A stretch of DNA of 64,000 bases from Obrimoposthia wandeli (taxonomy: Eukaryota), in NCBI GenBank assembly GCA_977020255.1, contig CDROCS010000122.1, positions 372,001-436,000 on the forward strand, read 5' to 3'. The position numbers and the translations under genes were made by a program. The notes under the pieces are model-generated. The model did not search any database, was not told where the DNA came from, and worked only from the letters and a program-made list of their open reading frames with translations. Below, piece after piece: positions 38,453-49,371 of this stretch; the stretch's first letter is position 1; each line of letters starts with the position of its first letter.

Positions 38453-40309
38453 TTAGTTAAGCGCAATGTTCCCAGCTTTAAGGGTAATTGCCTGACCATT
38501 AATATTTATATTTGACCCTCTAATACTAATGTCACCACCACTTGACATAGTGATTGATGCCGAGCCCGTTTTTAAAACAATTTCTTGGCCGGCTTCAATC
38601 ACTATTTTCTGACCCGCCTTACAGATTTGATCATTTTTCACATCAATATTTTGATTATTATTCACGACAATATTTTGGTTATTTTCAACCGTAATAGTGC
38701 GATCATTTTTTACTGATAATTGATGATTATTTTCAACTACTTCAAGGTGATCATTTTCAACAATAACGCAATGATCTTTTTCTGCATGAAACGCTAGTTT
38801 TTCACTGCCTTTAGTATCATCAAATCGTATTTCACTATAGTTGCTCCCCCTGCCATCAAGAGAACGGGTTTTAATACCACTAATAGCACCTTGGCTATAT
38901 GGCGGTACCTGACTCGCATTGTAAAGAGAACCACAAATAATCGGCTGTTCTGGATCGCCATTAATAAAGTCGATGAGAACTTCCTGACCAACTCTAGGGG
39001 TAAAGAAACTGCCCCAACCTGCACCTGCCCATACTTGAGCAACTCGAATCCAACATGAACTAAATTCATTATTTTGACCATCACGATCCCAGTGAAACTT
39101 CACTTTCACGCGGCCAAGCTGATCAAGGTAAACTTCTTCCCCCTCTTTGCCTGATACCGTCGCCGTCTGCACACCATACACCTTGGGTTTTGTCACAATA
39201 TTGTGGGGACGATACGCAACAGTATTGGGTACACAGCTAAATTGGTTATGAATAATTTGGTGAGTATTTTTGAGAGCCCCTGTTTGAGACTGTATAGATA
39301 CATGTAGATGTAATTGCGTAACAACATAACTTTTGCCAATTTGAGCAGGATCTTCGTGATCAACAAAAGTAAATGTTTTACCTGCAGAAAATGAACGACA
39401 GTTACTAGAACCACTACATGCAAAAGTATCGCGCTGTAATGCTTCTAGAATATTACCTGCACTAAAATTGACTCTGGGATTAAAACCCGACTCTCCTTGA
39501 TATTGATAAAGCTCACTTTCAGGCGGGTTGATACCTTGAGCATAATGACTATGCATCGCAGAAGGCGGGTTCATTGGGTTCTGTAAATCAAAACCAGATA
39601 TAGCGCTTTGTCCTGCTGACAACTGTAGCCCTGTCGTCCAATGGTGAACATGAGGATCATTACATGATCCCGTCACATGACGAACATTCCCATCTTCACA
39701 TTCCACATAAGCATCAACGGAGTCAGCTATAATTAGCTGGTGGTTATCTTGGCTGTGTTCAAAGAAGAAAAATACCCCTTCATCCTGAAGAAGACGAAGT
39801 ACAAAATCTAAATCAGATTCATGATACTGAACTTTATAACCATATATTGGATAGGTTTTACTTCTATCATCCCTAAATGAAATACCATGACGTCCAAGCA
39901 CATCACCTAAAATTTCTTCTACGTTTTTATCTTGATAAATTTTATAATGACATTTAAAACTAGCCAAATAAAATTCGGGTCTGATCGTTAAAATATAATC
40001 TTGGTAAAGCTCACTCTCTGCTTTATCTGGCATTCGGCTGCCGACACAGTCAACCTGTGCAACAATGCCATTAAAATAACGCGTTAATAGCTGCTTTCCA
40101 ATATTATATTTAAGTGCGATAGATACATTAGAACCAATCAACCCTTCACGATTAATGGATATTCCATTCGCAAAAGCCTGAGCTTTTAATGAAAACAAAC
40201 CTGACATTTCTTCATTATAATCAAAGCCCGTCAGGATTAATGCATCTTTCCCTAAGGGCGTTGATAATATGATACAGTTATTATCTTGTGTCGCGTCTTT
40301 CATTTTCAC
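38453..40309 (-). CDS. vgrG: T6SS spike VgrG (TssI) with no evolved toxin domain
   Basis: VQYHESDLDFVLRLLQDEG, GRVKVKFHWD and SCWIRVAQ...PRVGQEV motifs, followed by gp5-like beta repeats. Confidence 0.96.
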   Translation of the reverse strand: MKMKDATQDNNCIILSTPLGKDALILTGFDYNEEMSGLFSLKAQAFANGISINREGLIGSNVSIALKYNIGKQLLTRYFNGIVAQVDCVGSRMPDKAESELYQDYILTIRPEFYLASFKCHYKIYQDKNVEEILGDVLGRHGISFRDDRSKTYPIYGYKVQYHESDLDFVLRLLQDEGVFFFFEHSQDNHQLIIADSVDAYVECEDGNVRHVTGSCNDPHVHHWTTGLQLSAGQSAISGFDLQNPMNPPSAMHSHYAQGINPPESELYQYQGESGFNPRVNFSAGNILEALQRDTFACSGSSNCRSFSAGKTFTFVDHEDPAQIGKSYVVTQLHLHVSIQSQTGALKNTHQIIHNQFSCVPNTVAYRPHNIVTKPKVYGVQTATVSGKEGEEVYLDQLGRVKVKFHWDRDGQNNEFSSCWIRVAQVWAGAGWGSFFTPRVGQEVLIDFINGDPEQPIICGSLYNASQVPPYSQGAISGIKTRSLDGRGSNYSEIRFDDTKGSEKLAFHAEKDHCVIVENDHLEVVENNHQLSVKNDRTITVENNQNIVVNNNQNIDVKNDQICKAGQKIVIEAGQEIVLKTGSASITMSSGGDISIRGSNININGQAITLKAGNIALN

Positions 40310-40327
40310 TCATTACTTTAATTAATT

Positions 40328-40351
40328 AAAAGGGGCAGTTCCCTACCCCTT
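40328..40351 (-). terminator. Possible terminator between hcp and vgrG
   Basis: aagggg...cccctt hairpin with a T-run on the minus strand. Confidence 0.5.
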
Positions 40352-40361
40352 AGATAATTGT

Positions 40362-40841
40362 TTATTTTTTCTGACCAGTAACGCCGCTATAACCCCAAAC
40401 AACTTTAGGTTCAAGGTTATTATCATCATCGGTAGGTGTTACCGTCATTACCATTTCAGTGTAAGAAATGGTAATAGTTTCAGTTGGACGATCATCATTA
40501 ACAACGACGTTAAAATTAGCAATCATTGCATCTGTTAGTTCAAGCTTAAGAATTTCTTCAACTTTATCACCTTGTCTGGTCACATAAAACTGAATATCTG
40601 TTCCTTTACCAATGGTTGCTTCTTTAAATAAATACGTTGAAGCTTTGTCTTGAAGCTTAGTGATGGTCATATCATGAAGACGTGTAGAACTCGCTTCACG
40701 ATCTTGTGCAGTACCTGTGAATGAAGTAATTTCACGACCGACTCCCCAATCAACAGAGAGCAGTGTAATCATCCCTTCATAATCTTTAGCTGTAGTTTCA
40801 CCCTTAATATCACCATATTTCAGGTAAGTATTAGCTTGCAT
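40362..40841 (-). CDS. hcp: T6SS tube protein Hcp (TssD)
   Basis: 159 aa with IKGE, ITK..DKAS and E.I.I.Y motifs; located between clpV and vgrG. Confidence 0.93.
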   Translation of the reverse strand: MQANTYLKYGDIKGETTAKDYEGMITLLSVDWGVGREITSFTGTAQDREASSTRLHDMTITKLQDKASTYLFKEATIGKGTDIQFYVTRQGDKVEEILKLELTDAMIANFNVVVNDDRPTETITISYTEMVMTVTPTDDDNNLEPKVVWGYSGVTGQKK

Positions 40842-41072
40842 GCAAATCTCCTGTTAGCATTAATTGATACATATGTTTTATTTGGATATATAAATTTCAC
40901 TCACTCGTATTGACAAGAATATTTCCAAATAGACTTGTTAGTAATACGATGTGAATTAACAATACGGTTTAGATTAATAACGTGCACATAATTACACAAT
41001 GATATTAATGGGCAATTTCATCATTACCTTTATTGCAATCACTTCACAGTATTTAATGATAGAAATTACATA

Positions 41073-43661
41073 TCATTTCATTTTTACGTCAAAGGTATCA
41101 TTTATAACGTCAATATTAATTTCATTGATTAATTTATTACTTGATAATCGATCTAATATCTTCGTTGATAGAATAGGCAGTAATTTTTTTTGTATGTTTT
41201 GTTGAATAACCCTAGCACCAGCACTTTCATCACTGGATAACCCTATAAGGTAATTAACCACATCGTCAGTATAAATACATTCAGCCTTATAATTATTTTT
41301 AAAACGCTGACAAATCCGCTCTATCTGTAACTTGGCAATTTTTGTCAATGAATCAAAATCTAACGGCACATAAGGAATAACATTAATGCGCCCTAAAAAA
41401 GCAGGTTTGAATACTTTCAGCAAATCATCCTGTAATGCCTCTCTTAATCCTTCTATCGTTGGTGCTATTTCAGGATCTTCAAAAAGCTGCATAGTCAGCT
41501 CGGTACCAACATTTGAAGTCAATATAATAATGGTGTTCTTAAAGTCAATATCGCGCCCTTCCCCATCTTTAATGGTTCCTTTATCAAACACTTGATAAAA
41601 GATATCTTGAACACCAGGATGGGCTTTTTCTATTTCATCTAGCAATACAACGCTATAAGGTTTACGACGTACAGCCTCTGTAAGCACCCCTCCTTCTCCA
41701 AATCCTATATAACCAGGGGGAGAACCGAGTAATAAAGACACTTTATGCTCTTCTTTATATTCCGACATGTTTATTGTCGTAATATGCGCTTCGCTACCAT
41801 AAACTTGCTCAGCCAACGCCAAAGCAGATTCAGTTTTACCGACACCACTTGGTCCAGATAATAAAAACACACCATTGGGTTTATTTTCATCATTCAAATT
41901 AGCCCGTGAAATTTTGACCACTTCAGCAAGGTGATTCAATGCGTGATCTTGACCAATCACTCTTTTTTTCAAATGCTTATCAAGTGCCAATACCTGCTGA
42001 ATCTCATCCGTTTGCATTCTTCCTAATGGGATCCCAGTCCAATCTGAAACAACCTCTGCGATAAGGTTTTCATCGACTTCAAAAAACACCATGGGTTCAT
42101 TATTCGCTGATAACTGTTGTTTAATCTCAACCAGTTCTGCTTGTTCATCAATCGGTTCGATAGACTCAAGCACTGTCGACGATAATGCTTTTGCTCTGTT
42201 TATTAACACACATTCTTGTTGCCAAAGTGTTTGGTAGGCCTGCAAATCAGTCGCGGTTATATCGAGTTCGCACCGCAAGTTATGGAGCCGCTCTTGATGA
42301 TCCCCCCCTGTTTTTTGTTCCTTTTCAAGTTGGACCATTTCAACTTCTAACTGCTGCTGATATTTTTTCAAGGCTTCAATTTTAGCGGGATCTGTCGCTT
42401 GACTCATCGCCACACGAGCACAGGCAGTGTCTAACAAACCCACCGCTTTATCAGGAAGTTGTCGTCCGCTGATGTAGCGATGTGAAAGCCTTACCGCTGC
42501 TTGTAGTGCTTGATCGGTAATCGTGACCTGATGGTGTGCTTCCATAACAGGCAGTAAACCTCGCAGCATGACAACGGCTAAGTCTTCACTCGGCTCTTCC
42601 ACTTTAACAACCTGAAATCGCCGAGCAAGTGCCGCATCTTTTTCAAAATATTTTTTATATTCAGCCCATGTTGTGGCGGCAATAGTACGTAATTCTCCAC
42701 GCGCTAAAGCTGGCTTTAAAATATTGGCGGCATCACTTTGCCCTGCTTGCCCGCCACTACCCACCATCGCATGTGCTTCATCTATAAAAATGATAATTGG
42801 CACGGGTGCGTTTTTTACTTCACTTACTACAGACTTTAAACGATTCTCAAATTCACCTTTAACCCCTGCTCCTGCTTGCAATAACGCAAGATCAAGCGAG
42901 CGGATAACGACACCCTGCAAACTTTCAGGTACGTCATTCGCGGCAACTCGAAGGGCTAACCCTTCAACAACAGCCGTTTTACCCACCCCTGCTTCACCTG
43001 TTAAAATAGGATTATTCTGACGACGACGAGACAAAATATCGATCATCTGACGAATTTCATCATCGCGCCCCACAATAGGATCAATCTCACCGTTTCGAGC
43101 TTGCTCTGTTAAATCAATGGTAAACTGAGACAACGCTGGTGTTTGACTTCCCACAGATAAATGTTGATCTTGAGCCACAGCGTTACTTTTTTGTTTAGCC
43201 ACTAATTCTGGCCAAACATGAAGAAGCTGAGCAGGCGAGATTTTCGCGAGCTCTTTACTATAGAAGCCGACAATAGAAGATAAGCTGTCATCTGCCAGCA
43301 TGGTATATAACAGGTGCACTGCATCTATACTGTTGTCATTAAATTCAATGGTCGTGGCTAGCCAAGCTTGGCGCAATAAATTCACCGTATGTACCGCAAG
43401 CCCTGGCGCATCATCACATCCTGTTGGAAGGCGTTCTAATTTCACCATCAAATCTTGTTTTAATTGGGCATCATTGATGCCAAAACAACGACTAACAGCA
43501 ACGTAATCGCTAGACTGAGCGTCAACGATACTGATAAGCCAATGAAGAATTTCTACGCTTGAATGACTGCGTGAATTGGCAAGCGCAGCACTCAATTCCA
43601 GTGTCCTTTTTGCCTCTGGTGTTAATTTGTTCACCAAAGACGTCAATGTCATTGTCGACAT
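41073..43661 (-). CDS. clpV: T6SS AAA+ ATPase ClpV (TssH)
   Basis: Walker A motifs GEAGVGKT and GPSGVGKT, FIDEAH and LLDEIEKAH; Clp N-domain. Confidence 0.96.
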   Translation of the reverse strand: MSTMTLTSLVNKLTPEAKRTLELSAALANSRSHSSVEILHWLISIVDAQSSDYVAVSRCFGINDAQLKQDLMVKLERLPTGCDDAPGLAVHTVNLLRQAWLATTIEFNDNSIDAVHLLYTMLADDSLSSIVGFYSKELAKISPAQLLHVWPELVAKQKSNAVAQDQHLSVGSQTPALSQFTIDLTEQARNGEIDPIVGRDDEIRQMIDILSRRRQNNPILTGEAGVGKTAVVEGLALRVAANDVPESLQGVVIRSLDLALLQAGAGVKGEFENRLKSVVSEVKNAPVPIIIFIDEAHAMVGSGGQAGQSDAANILKPALARGELRTIAATTWAEYKKYFEKDAALARRFQVVKVEEPSEDLAVVMLRGLLPVMEAHHQVTITDQALQAAVRLSHRYISGRQLPDKAVGLLDTACARVAMSQATDPAKIEALKKYQQQLEVEMVQLEKEQKTGGDHQERLHNLRCELDITATDLQAYQTLWQQECVLINRAKALSSTVLESIEPIDEQAELVEIKQQLSANNEPMVFFEVDENLIAEVVSDWTGIPLGRMQTDEIQQVLALDKHLKKRVIGQDHALNHLAEVVKISRANLNDENKPNGVFLLSGPSGVGKTESALALAEQVYGSEAHITTINMSEYKEEHKVSLLLGSPPGYIGFGEGGVLTEAVRRKPYSVVLLDEIEKAHPGVQDIFYQVFDKGTIKDGEGRDIDFKNTIIILTSNVGTELTMQLFEDPEIAPTIEGLREALQDDLLKVFKPAFLGRINVIPYVPLDFDSLTKIAKLQIERICQRFKNNYKAECIYTDDVVNYLIGLSSDESAGARVIQQNIQKKLLPILSTKILDRLSSNKLINEINIDVINDTFDVKMK

Positions 43662-43681
43662 AATCCATCCTAAAACTGATA

Positions 43682-44650
43682 TTAATTTAGCGAGATACTC
43701 ACTGACTTAAAAGCGAGCGATGACCGAATACCCAGCATGGCACTTCGACCTAACTGGGTGGTGTTCCGTTTTAATGTTGCGGTAGGTAAATCCATATAAG
43801 ACGTTTGCACCTGCCAATCGATGGCCGTAGCACTTGAGACAAAATGCTGGGTGATATGCTGGATCGCCTGAAGCAACGCTCCTTTCTGTGTCAGCCGACG
43901 CGTTAACTCTACATCGGCGGCATGAATAACGATTTTAATCGCCGCATTTACATCCCAAACTCGTTTCCCTAACACTGTTGAATGGCCTAGCTTCGCATGC
44001 TGACCTTCGGGTATTAACGAAGAACTTAACGCGGTTTGCTCGCTATCTTTTAACGGCATCCAACGCCCTTCAAATTCTTTAACGGAGACTGAACACCCCA
44101 ATTTATGAGATAAAATAGCTTCCAACGATGATCGATTACGGACGGTCTTTGCTAGCAATCCTCCCCAATAAATATCATTGTCGTACCGTGCCCCCGTTAG
44201 CGATTTCAGCACCTCGTGCATATCACTATGCTTACCCCATAAATAATTCTGGTGCTGAATAGCATATTGATATTTTTCCCATGACTTGTAGTAAAGCGAG
44301 ATGATGCGATGGTTAAATAGATCGAGAAAATCTTTGAACGCATAGTCTTTCTTCTTTATGCGCTGCAAAACGAGTTCAGTGTAATGACGCGGCAAAACAC
44401 CAGCAGGGCCAGTTAACCCAAGAGAACTCACCTCTAATGCAATCTTCTCGTTTTGCTGCTGAGTCACTTTTACTTCACTGGCAGAAAAGCCTAGATGCTG
44501 TGAAGATTGAAACCGAATTTTCTCATTATCTATAAGTGCATCCGTACCGATTTCTAACGTTTGCCCCGTTTGCATCAAATAACGTTCAATCGCAAAGACG
44601 ACCTCATACAAATCATGGTTATTAAGCTGATCTACATTTAATGGTGGCAT
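43682..44650 (-). CDS. tssG: T6SS baseplate TssG
   Basis: GLTGPAGVLPRHYTE and DFLDLFNHR motifs; ATG 44650 overlaps the tssF stop (TGATG). Confidence 0.92.
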   Translation of the reverse strand: MPPLNVDQLNNHDLYEVVFAIERYLMQTGQTLEIGTDALIDNEKIRFQSSQHLGFSASEVKVTQQQNEKIALEVSSLGLTGPAGVLPRHYTELVLQRIKKKDYAFKDFLDLFNHRIISLYYKSWEKYQYAIQHQNYLWGKHSDMHEVLKSLTGARYDNDIYWGGLLAKTVRNRSSLEAILSHKLGCSVSVKEFEGRWMPLKDSEQTALSSSLIPEGQHAKLGHSTVLGKRVWDVNAAIKIVIHAADVELTRRLTQKGALLQAIQHITQHFVSSATAIDWQVQTSYMDLPTATLKRNTTQLGRSAMLGIRSSLAFKSVSISLN

Positions 44651-46479
44651 CACAATAATACCTGCCCACCAGCCGCAGCAGGCCATTCATAAAAAGGTTG
44701 CTCTTGTCCTTTAAGCCAAACTCGTAACCGCGTAAAACTGTTTACCGCAGCATACTGAGCAAAAAAATGCGCAATAACATGACTAAACAGAAAGATAGTT
44801 GGCTCTTGAACATCACTGGCAGTAAAGGTCAGATCAATATCTGAACCATGGCAAAATCCGACTCGCCCTTTTTGATTAACCCTTGCCGTTGCAGGGCTGA
44901 TCTTAAGACCAACAATGGCGTCAATTAGCACTTTCGTTTGTGGCGAGGCTTTAAAATCATAAAGCCTAAGGGTTTCTTTCAATGTAGAGAGGCTATCACC
45001 GCTGGTGAATGTATTAAGCGTGATCAGTTTAGATAACTGCCAGCGCGTACTATCATGCAATCGCGGGCGTACAGGTTCTGTTGGTGCAAATAAACAACGA
45101 ACGCCTTCAAACACATCGCCATGTTTTGCCAAAAAGACTTTGGGTTGACCACCACCAAAGGGTAACCGTGCTGCCAAATTACGATTACTGCATAAGGTCT
45201 CTATTTTTAAACTCCAGCGATCATTATTACTTGGCTCAAACCCCTTGGTGTTGCGATCAACAATGGATATATAGGTCTCTCTTCCTGGTTCATCAAAGCC
45301 CCCGGCCCAATTAACATCTTCGCGACGAATACTCCAAAACAATTCACTTCCCGTAGGGTAGATCGGATGCTCACTACCATAAAAAGGCGCAACATCGAGC
45401 TCTGTATTATTCCAGTTATAAGCTTTTACTCGCTCAATACTAATAATTTCGTTTGCCTCTGACTGATTATACGATGGTGTGATCGGATACTCATAAGCCA
45501 CATTATCTAACGCTATCGGCTCTACTTGCTTTTCAAACAAGTTAATAATAGGGGTGCAGCCCAATAGAATATTATCTTTGGTCAGCTGTTTGGGCATCAC
45601 ATCTGATGGCTCATCAAAGTAGATGTAAATATCAGCCTGATCACTATCACCAAACCAAGATGAATCAAGCTGATTTAACTCAATAAAAAGAAATTTCTCT
45701 GGCAATAAAAAATATTCAACCAACAAACGATAACCTGAAAAGCTTTGTTTAGAATACGGAATAACCGCTTGATCATCGTCAAACCCCGTTGCTTGAAGGT
45801 GTTTCGCTGATAAATATTTAATCGCTTGTTCATTCCCTTTGGGAACAATGGCAATGCCGACCGCAGACCGCAGTAAAAATTGATATAATTGATAGCTGAT
45901 ATGAGGTAAACCATTCAAATAAAAACGAATAGAATTAAAATCAAAACCTGACAGCACATGCTGCTTATCAGCCCCAGTCACTGTAAGCTTTAAAACCGAG
46001 CAAGCCGTTTTCGGAAACTTGGCTTCTGGTGCATGAAACGGCGCATTTTCAAACGTCGCCGCACTGAAATCAAAAGGCCATAACAAGGTTTGATAACATG
46101 TTTGAAACTGGCAACGTTTAAAGTGATTCGCCACTAACTCAACCGATTCCGACTTATCAATCGTAAAACCAACATTGATATTGTCTTTCGCGCTTAATTT
46201 AATCACGCTCATGGGGGGAAGGGTGGCATGGTAGTCTGGATAGAGCTGACCAATAAGTGCTTCCGTCAACTGAGGGTAATTATCATCTAAATTTCGTCGA
46301 ATTTGAGCCGTTAATAAGGAGAATGCTTCGATCAAACGAGAGGCGTGGGGATCTTCAACTTGATCTTCACTTAACCGTAATCTACCCGCAATCTTTGGGT
46401 GCTTCTCTGCATATTCAGCCCCTATTCGACGCATATAAGCCAGTTCGCGATTATAATACTTTAGTAAATCATCGCTCAT
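44650..46479 (-). CDS. tssF: T6SS baseplate TssF
   Basis: LLKYYNRELAYMR, DPHASRLIEAF and LLGCTPIINLF motifs. Confidence 0.95.
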   Translation of the reverse strand: MSDDLLKYYNRELAYMRRIGAEYAEKHPKIAGRLRLSEDQVEDPHASRLIEAFSLLTAQIRRNLDDNYPQLTEALIGQLYPDYHATLPPMSVIKLSAKDNINVGFTIDKSESVELVANHFKRCQFQTCYQTLLWPFDFSAATFENAPFHAPEAKFPKTACSVLKLTVTGADKQHVLSGFDFNSIRFYLNGLPHISYQLYQFLLRSAVGIAIVPKGNEQAIKYLSAKHLQATGFDDDQAVIPYSKQSFSGYRLLVEYFLLPEKFLFIELNQLDSSWFGDSDQADIYIYFDEPSDVMPKQLTKDNILLGCTPIINLFEKQVEPIALDNVAYEYPITPSYNQSEANEIISIERVKAYNWNNTELDVAPFYGSEHPIYPTGSELFWSIRREDVNWAGGFDEPGRETYISIVDRNTKGFEPSNNDRWSLKIETLCSNRNLAARLPFGGGQPKVFLAKHGDVFEGVRCLFAPTEPVRPRLHDSTRWQLSKLITLNTFTSGDSLSTLKETLRLYDFKASPQTKVLIDAIVGLKISPATARVNQKGRVGFCHGSDIDLTFTASDVQEPTIFLFSHVIAHFFAQYAAVNSFTRLRVWLKGQEQPFYEWPAAAGGQVLL

Positions 46480-46480
46480 G

Positions 46481-46948
46481 TTAAGACTCCTCTACTTTAA
46501 TACCAAGACTGATAGGCTCAACTTCTGAGTCAAAAACGATCTCTTCTTCAGCTGAACCCACTCGAAATATTGCTTGAATACGTAAGCGCAGAATCCGATC
46601 TTCTGGTGCACCTTCACCTATTACCGACACACATACAGAATCAAAACGAGGCTCAAAACGCCTGATTGTTTCTTCAACAAGATTGCAGAGATGCACCTGC
46701 CCCTCGGTACGACTGAAAGGTAAAGCCGAAAAATCAGGTAAACCATAATTTAGTACCGACACATTAAGCTCACTATAATGTTTGGGCCATAGGTGCCAAC
46801 ACACTCTCGAATTCAATAAATTCTCAAGATCTCGCCTAACACTCTTTTTTAACGCCTTAAGGGTATAGGGGTGAGGTTGCTCAACAGAACTTTCTGGAGA
46901 TTCATCAATAAGGTTATCGAGCAAAGATGGTTTTAACGGTAAATACAT
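46481..46948 (-). CDS. tssE: T6SS baseplate TssE (gp25-like)
   Basis: SVRRDLENLLNSR, SVLNYGLPD and IRRFEPR motifs. Confidence 0.92.
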   Translation of the reverse strand: MYLPLKPSLLDNLIDESPESSVEQPHPYTLKALKKSVRRDLENLLNSRVCWHLWPKHYSELNVSVLNYGLPDFSALPFSRTEGQVHLCNLVEETIRRFEPRFDSVCVSVIGEGAPEDRILRLRIQAIFRVGSAEEEIVFDSEVEPISLGIKVEES

Positions 46949-46970
46949 TTAGCAATCACATTGTAAAGAT

Positions 46971-47765
46971 TCAATTTACAGCTGCGCCTTCAATTAATTC
47001 ACATTGCATTACAGCCATCGCCTCTTCACCGACCAGCCACATTTTTTGCCCCTGACCAATAACAACAGGAGTCGATGATATTTCTCTCCAATCTGTTTCT
47101 TTCCCTAGTTTCTCTGCATCAGTTAAACTCGTCAGGTAAGTCATTGGGATAAACGCATCTCCACTTGGCCCATCAATGACGTCAATATCAACTTTACGCC
47201 ACGTCATTTCGACTAATGAAGAGATTGGCATGAATTGAAGACGATGGATGGAAGAAAACGGCAAAAGATAGTATTGTCCATCGGTGCCAAACACTTCGAT
47301 ATAACCCGCTAATAAATCATCAAGATCACGACAATCTTCATAGGCAACCCCATTAACAGTTAAAGGTGCAGGTTTACGCTTGGCGTCTAATTGCTCTGCA
47401 TGGTGAGTAACTTGATCTATCAACCCTTGATTACGGGCGAATATCAATTCGACAAAATGTTGGAATGAATCAGGGTCACCAACTAATAGTTTTGCCGTGG
47501 CATTGCCATTAAAAAAATCGACCCTTGCTTGAGCTGCATGAATAAGCTGACGTAAATTATTACCACCAACCAAATATTCTGGACACTGCTTTATTAATAA
47601 CGACAACTGCTGATCTGCACGTTCTAGTTGACCATCGATGCACAGTAATTCAATAAAGTCACTGCGTATATCGCTATTAGTTGGTGTGGCTTTTAACTGC
47701 TGAATATAATCTGAAATAATATCAGAAACACTTTCACTTTGAAGACGGCTATTAACATTTAACAT
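46971..47765 (-). CDS. tagJ: T6SS accessory TagJ (ImpE/SciE)
   Basis: LIELLCIDGQLERADQQL, RDLDD, YYLLPF and LGKETDW motifs. Confidence 0.85.
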   Translation of the reverse strand: MLNVNSRLQSESVSDIISDYIQQLKATPTNSDIRSDFIELLCIDGQLERADQQLSLLIKQCPEYLVGGNNLRQLIHAAQARVDFFNGNATAKLLVGDPDSFQHFVELIFARNQGLIDQVTHHAEQLDAKRKPAPLTVNGVAYEDCRDLDDLLAGYIEVFGTDGQYYLLPFSSIHRLQFMPISSLVEMTWRKVDIDVIDGPSGDAFIPMTYLTSLTDAEKLGKETDWREISSTPVVIGQGQKMWLVGEEAMAVMQCELIEGAAVN

Positions 47766-47769
47766 TTAA

Positions 47770-49311
47770 TTATCCATTACGATTTAATATTGGTGACAAT
47801 TCGGTTATTAATCTTATGTTTGATATCATCTGATCCAGTTGAAAATGTGGCCGCAAATGAACCACAGAATAATAGTGGCCTGATTTCCCAACTGTTTCTT
47901 TTACCTGAATTCTGGCCTCGCTCAATGGAAATCTTGCTCTTATCTCATCAGATACTTCTTCGGTCGATGTGGTATATGAATGCAACCATCGCTGAAAGTA
48001 ATTTTCTATTTGTTCTGCACTCTCAAAACTACCGATGCGATCTCGCCCCATAACTTTTATATAATGAGCAAATCTTGATACACACAATATATATTGAAGC
48101 ATCGACGCTAAACGTGCATTTATTGTATCTGAATTCGATGTGTATTTTTTAGGTTCATTCACTGACGCATTACTATAAAACGATAAGAATTCAGTTTCTG
48201 AAACAGATGCTACGGGTATGAAACCATTATCTGCTAATTGTTTTTCAAGCTTATCACCGACTTGTAAATTAACTGACATCTTATTTTTTGTTAATCGACG
48301 AGTAACGCAAAAATGACTCTGAGGTACCTTTACAACCAAACCTTGTCGATACTTGCCAGACTGTATGCCTCGTATATGCGAAAACCAGCCAGACTCACAG
48401 TAGGCCCGTATTGTGACTGCGGCAAAACTATATGCCGCATTCCCCCAAAGGTAGTCTATATCTGTAAACTGATTAGATTCTTTAAATAAGAAACATTCTC
48501 GCCGTGAACCATCCGGTTCATAAGGTGAGCGCAAAAGAATATCGGGTAAAGTAATACCTAAAAACTTAGCATCTTCCATCTTTCTTAAATTTTGCCAATT
48601 AATATATTCTAGCTGCTCAAAATGACTATCAATATTATTAATCGATGCTAATTCAGAAAAAGCATCAACGCCTAAAAAGCTAGGATCAGCCGAAGTAATA
48701 AATGGTGCAAACGCAGCCGCAGCCGTTTGCATCACTATTCTTAAGGTGTCAATATCATTTGTAGTGATGTTTTTCTGAACTTGGTGTGTGATTTTATAAT
48801 CACCAATTAACAAACCAAAAGGTTCACCACCTGCAATATTAAATTCATTGTTATAAATAATCCGAAAAAACTCACCTTGATCAAAATCGATGGCCTTTGC
48901 ACAATCACGACTTAATTCCTGCCACGTTAGATGAAGTAATTTTATTTTACACTTCTGGTCTGTATCATATTCATGTTCTTGCTCAGCTAAATACTTTAAC
49001 CCTAACCAACTGGCTTCTAATTTTTTAAATGAAGCATGGTGTAAAATTTCATTAACCTGACTATTTACCTTTTCATCAATAGACGAAATTGCAGATAATA
49101 TTAAAGATATCAATTCACTCTTATTGGTATTTTTAATATTGACTACATCATGAATATCAAGCCACATTTTAAGAGCAAGATCTTCATCATCAGTATCAAG
49201 AAAGCTATCCACTAATTGACTTTCAGCATAACAATTATACCGTTCAGAAAGTGCCAGTTTGCTATGTGTTAAATCTTGTTCTGATATAAAAGAGAGTGTA
49301 TTTATTGACAC
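47770..49311 (-). CDS. tssC: Second, divergent T6SS sheath large subunit TssC
   Basis: ILHHASFKKLEASW, GGEPFG, YLWGNA and SRFAHYIKVMGRDRIGS motifs; GTG start. Confidence 0.88.
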   Translation of the reverse strand: MSINTLSFISEQDLTHSKLALSERYNCYAESQLVDSFLDTDDEDLALKMWLDIHDVVNIKNTNKSELISLILSAISSIDEKVNSQVNEILHHASFKKLEASWLGLKYLAEQEHEYDTDQKCKIKLLHLTWQELSRDCAKAIDFDQGEFFRIIYNNEFNIAGGEPFGLLIGDYKITHQVQKNITTNDIDTLRIVMQTAAAAFAPFITSADPSFLGVDAFSELASINNIDSHFEQLEYINWQNLRKMEDAKFLGITLPDILLRSPYEPDGSRRECFLFKESNQFTDIDYLWGNAAYSFAAVTIRAYCESGWFSHIRGIQSGKYRQGLVVKVPQSHFCVTRRLTKNKMSVNLQVGDKLEKQLADNGFIPVASVSETEFLSFYSNASVNEPKKYTSNSDTINARLASMLQYILCVSRFAHYIKVMGRDRIGSFESAEQIENYFQRWLHSYTTSTEEVSDEIRARFPLSEARIQVKETVGKSGHYYSVVHLRPHFQLDQMISNIRLITELSPILNRNG

Positions 49312-49371
49312 GTTATTTCCTTATATTAAAAAAATCAAAGCTGATAAAGTATCAACTTTGATTCGTTCTAT

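Noticed and set aside
38453-38800. Evolved toxin domain on VgrG
   Set aside because: The C-terminus contains only gp5-like beta repeats and ends at 618 aa.
40842-41072. Possible sigma54 promoter upstream of hcp
   Set aside because: There is no TGGCAC-N5-TTGC; only a weak sigma70-like TTGTCA...TATAT is present, which is too uncertain in AT-rich DNA.
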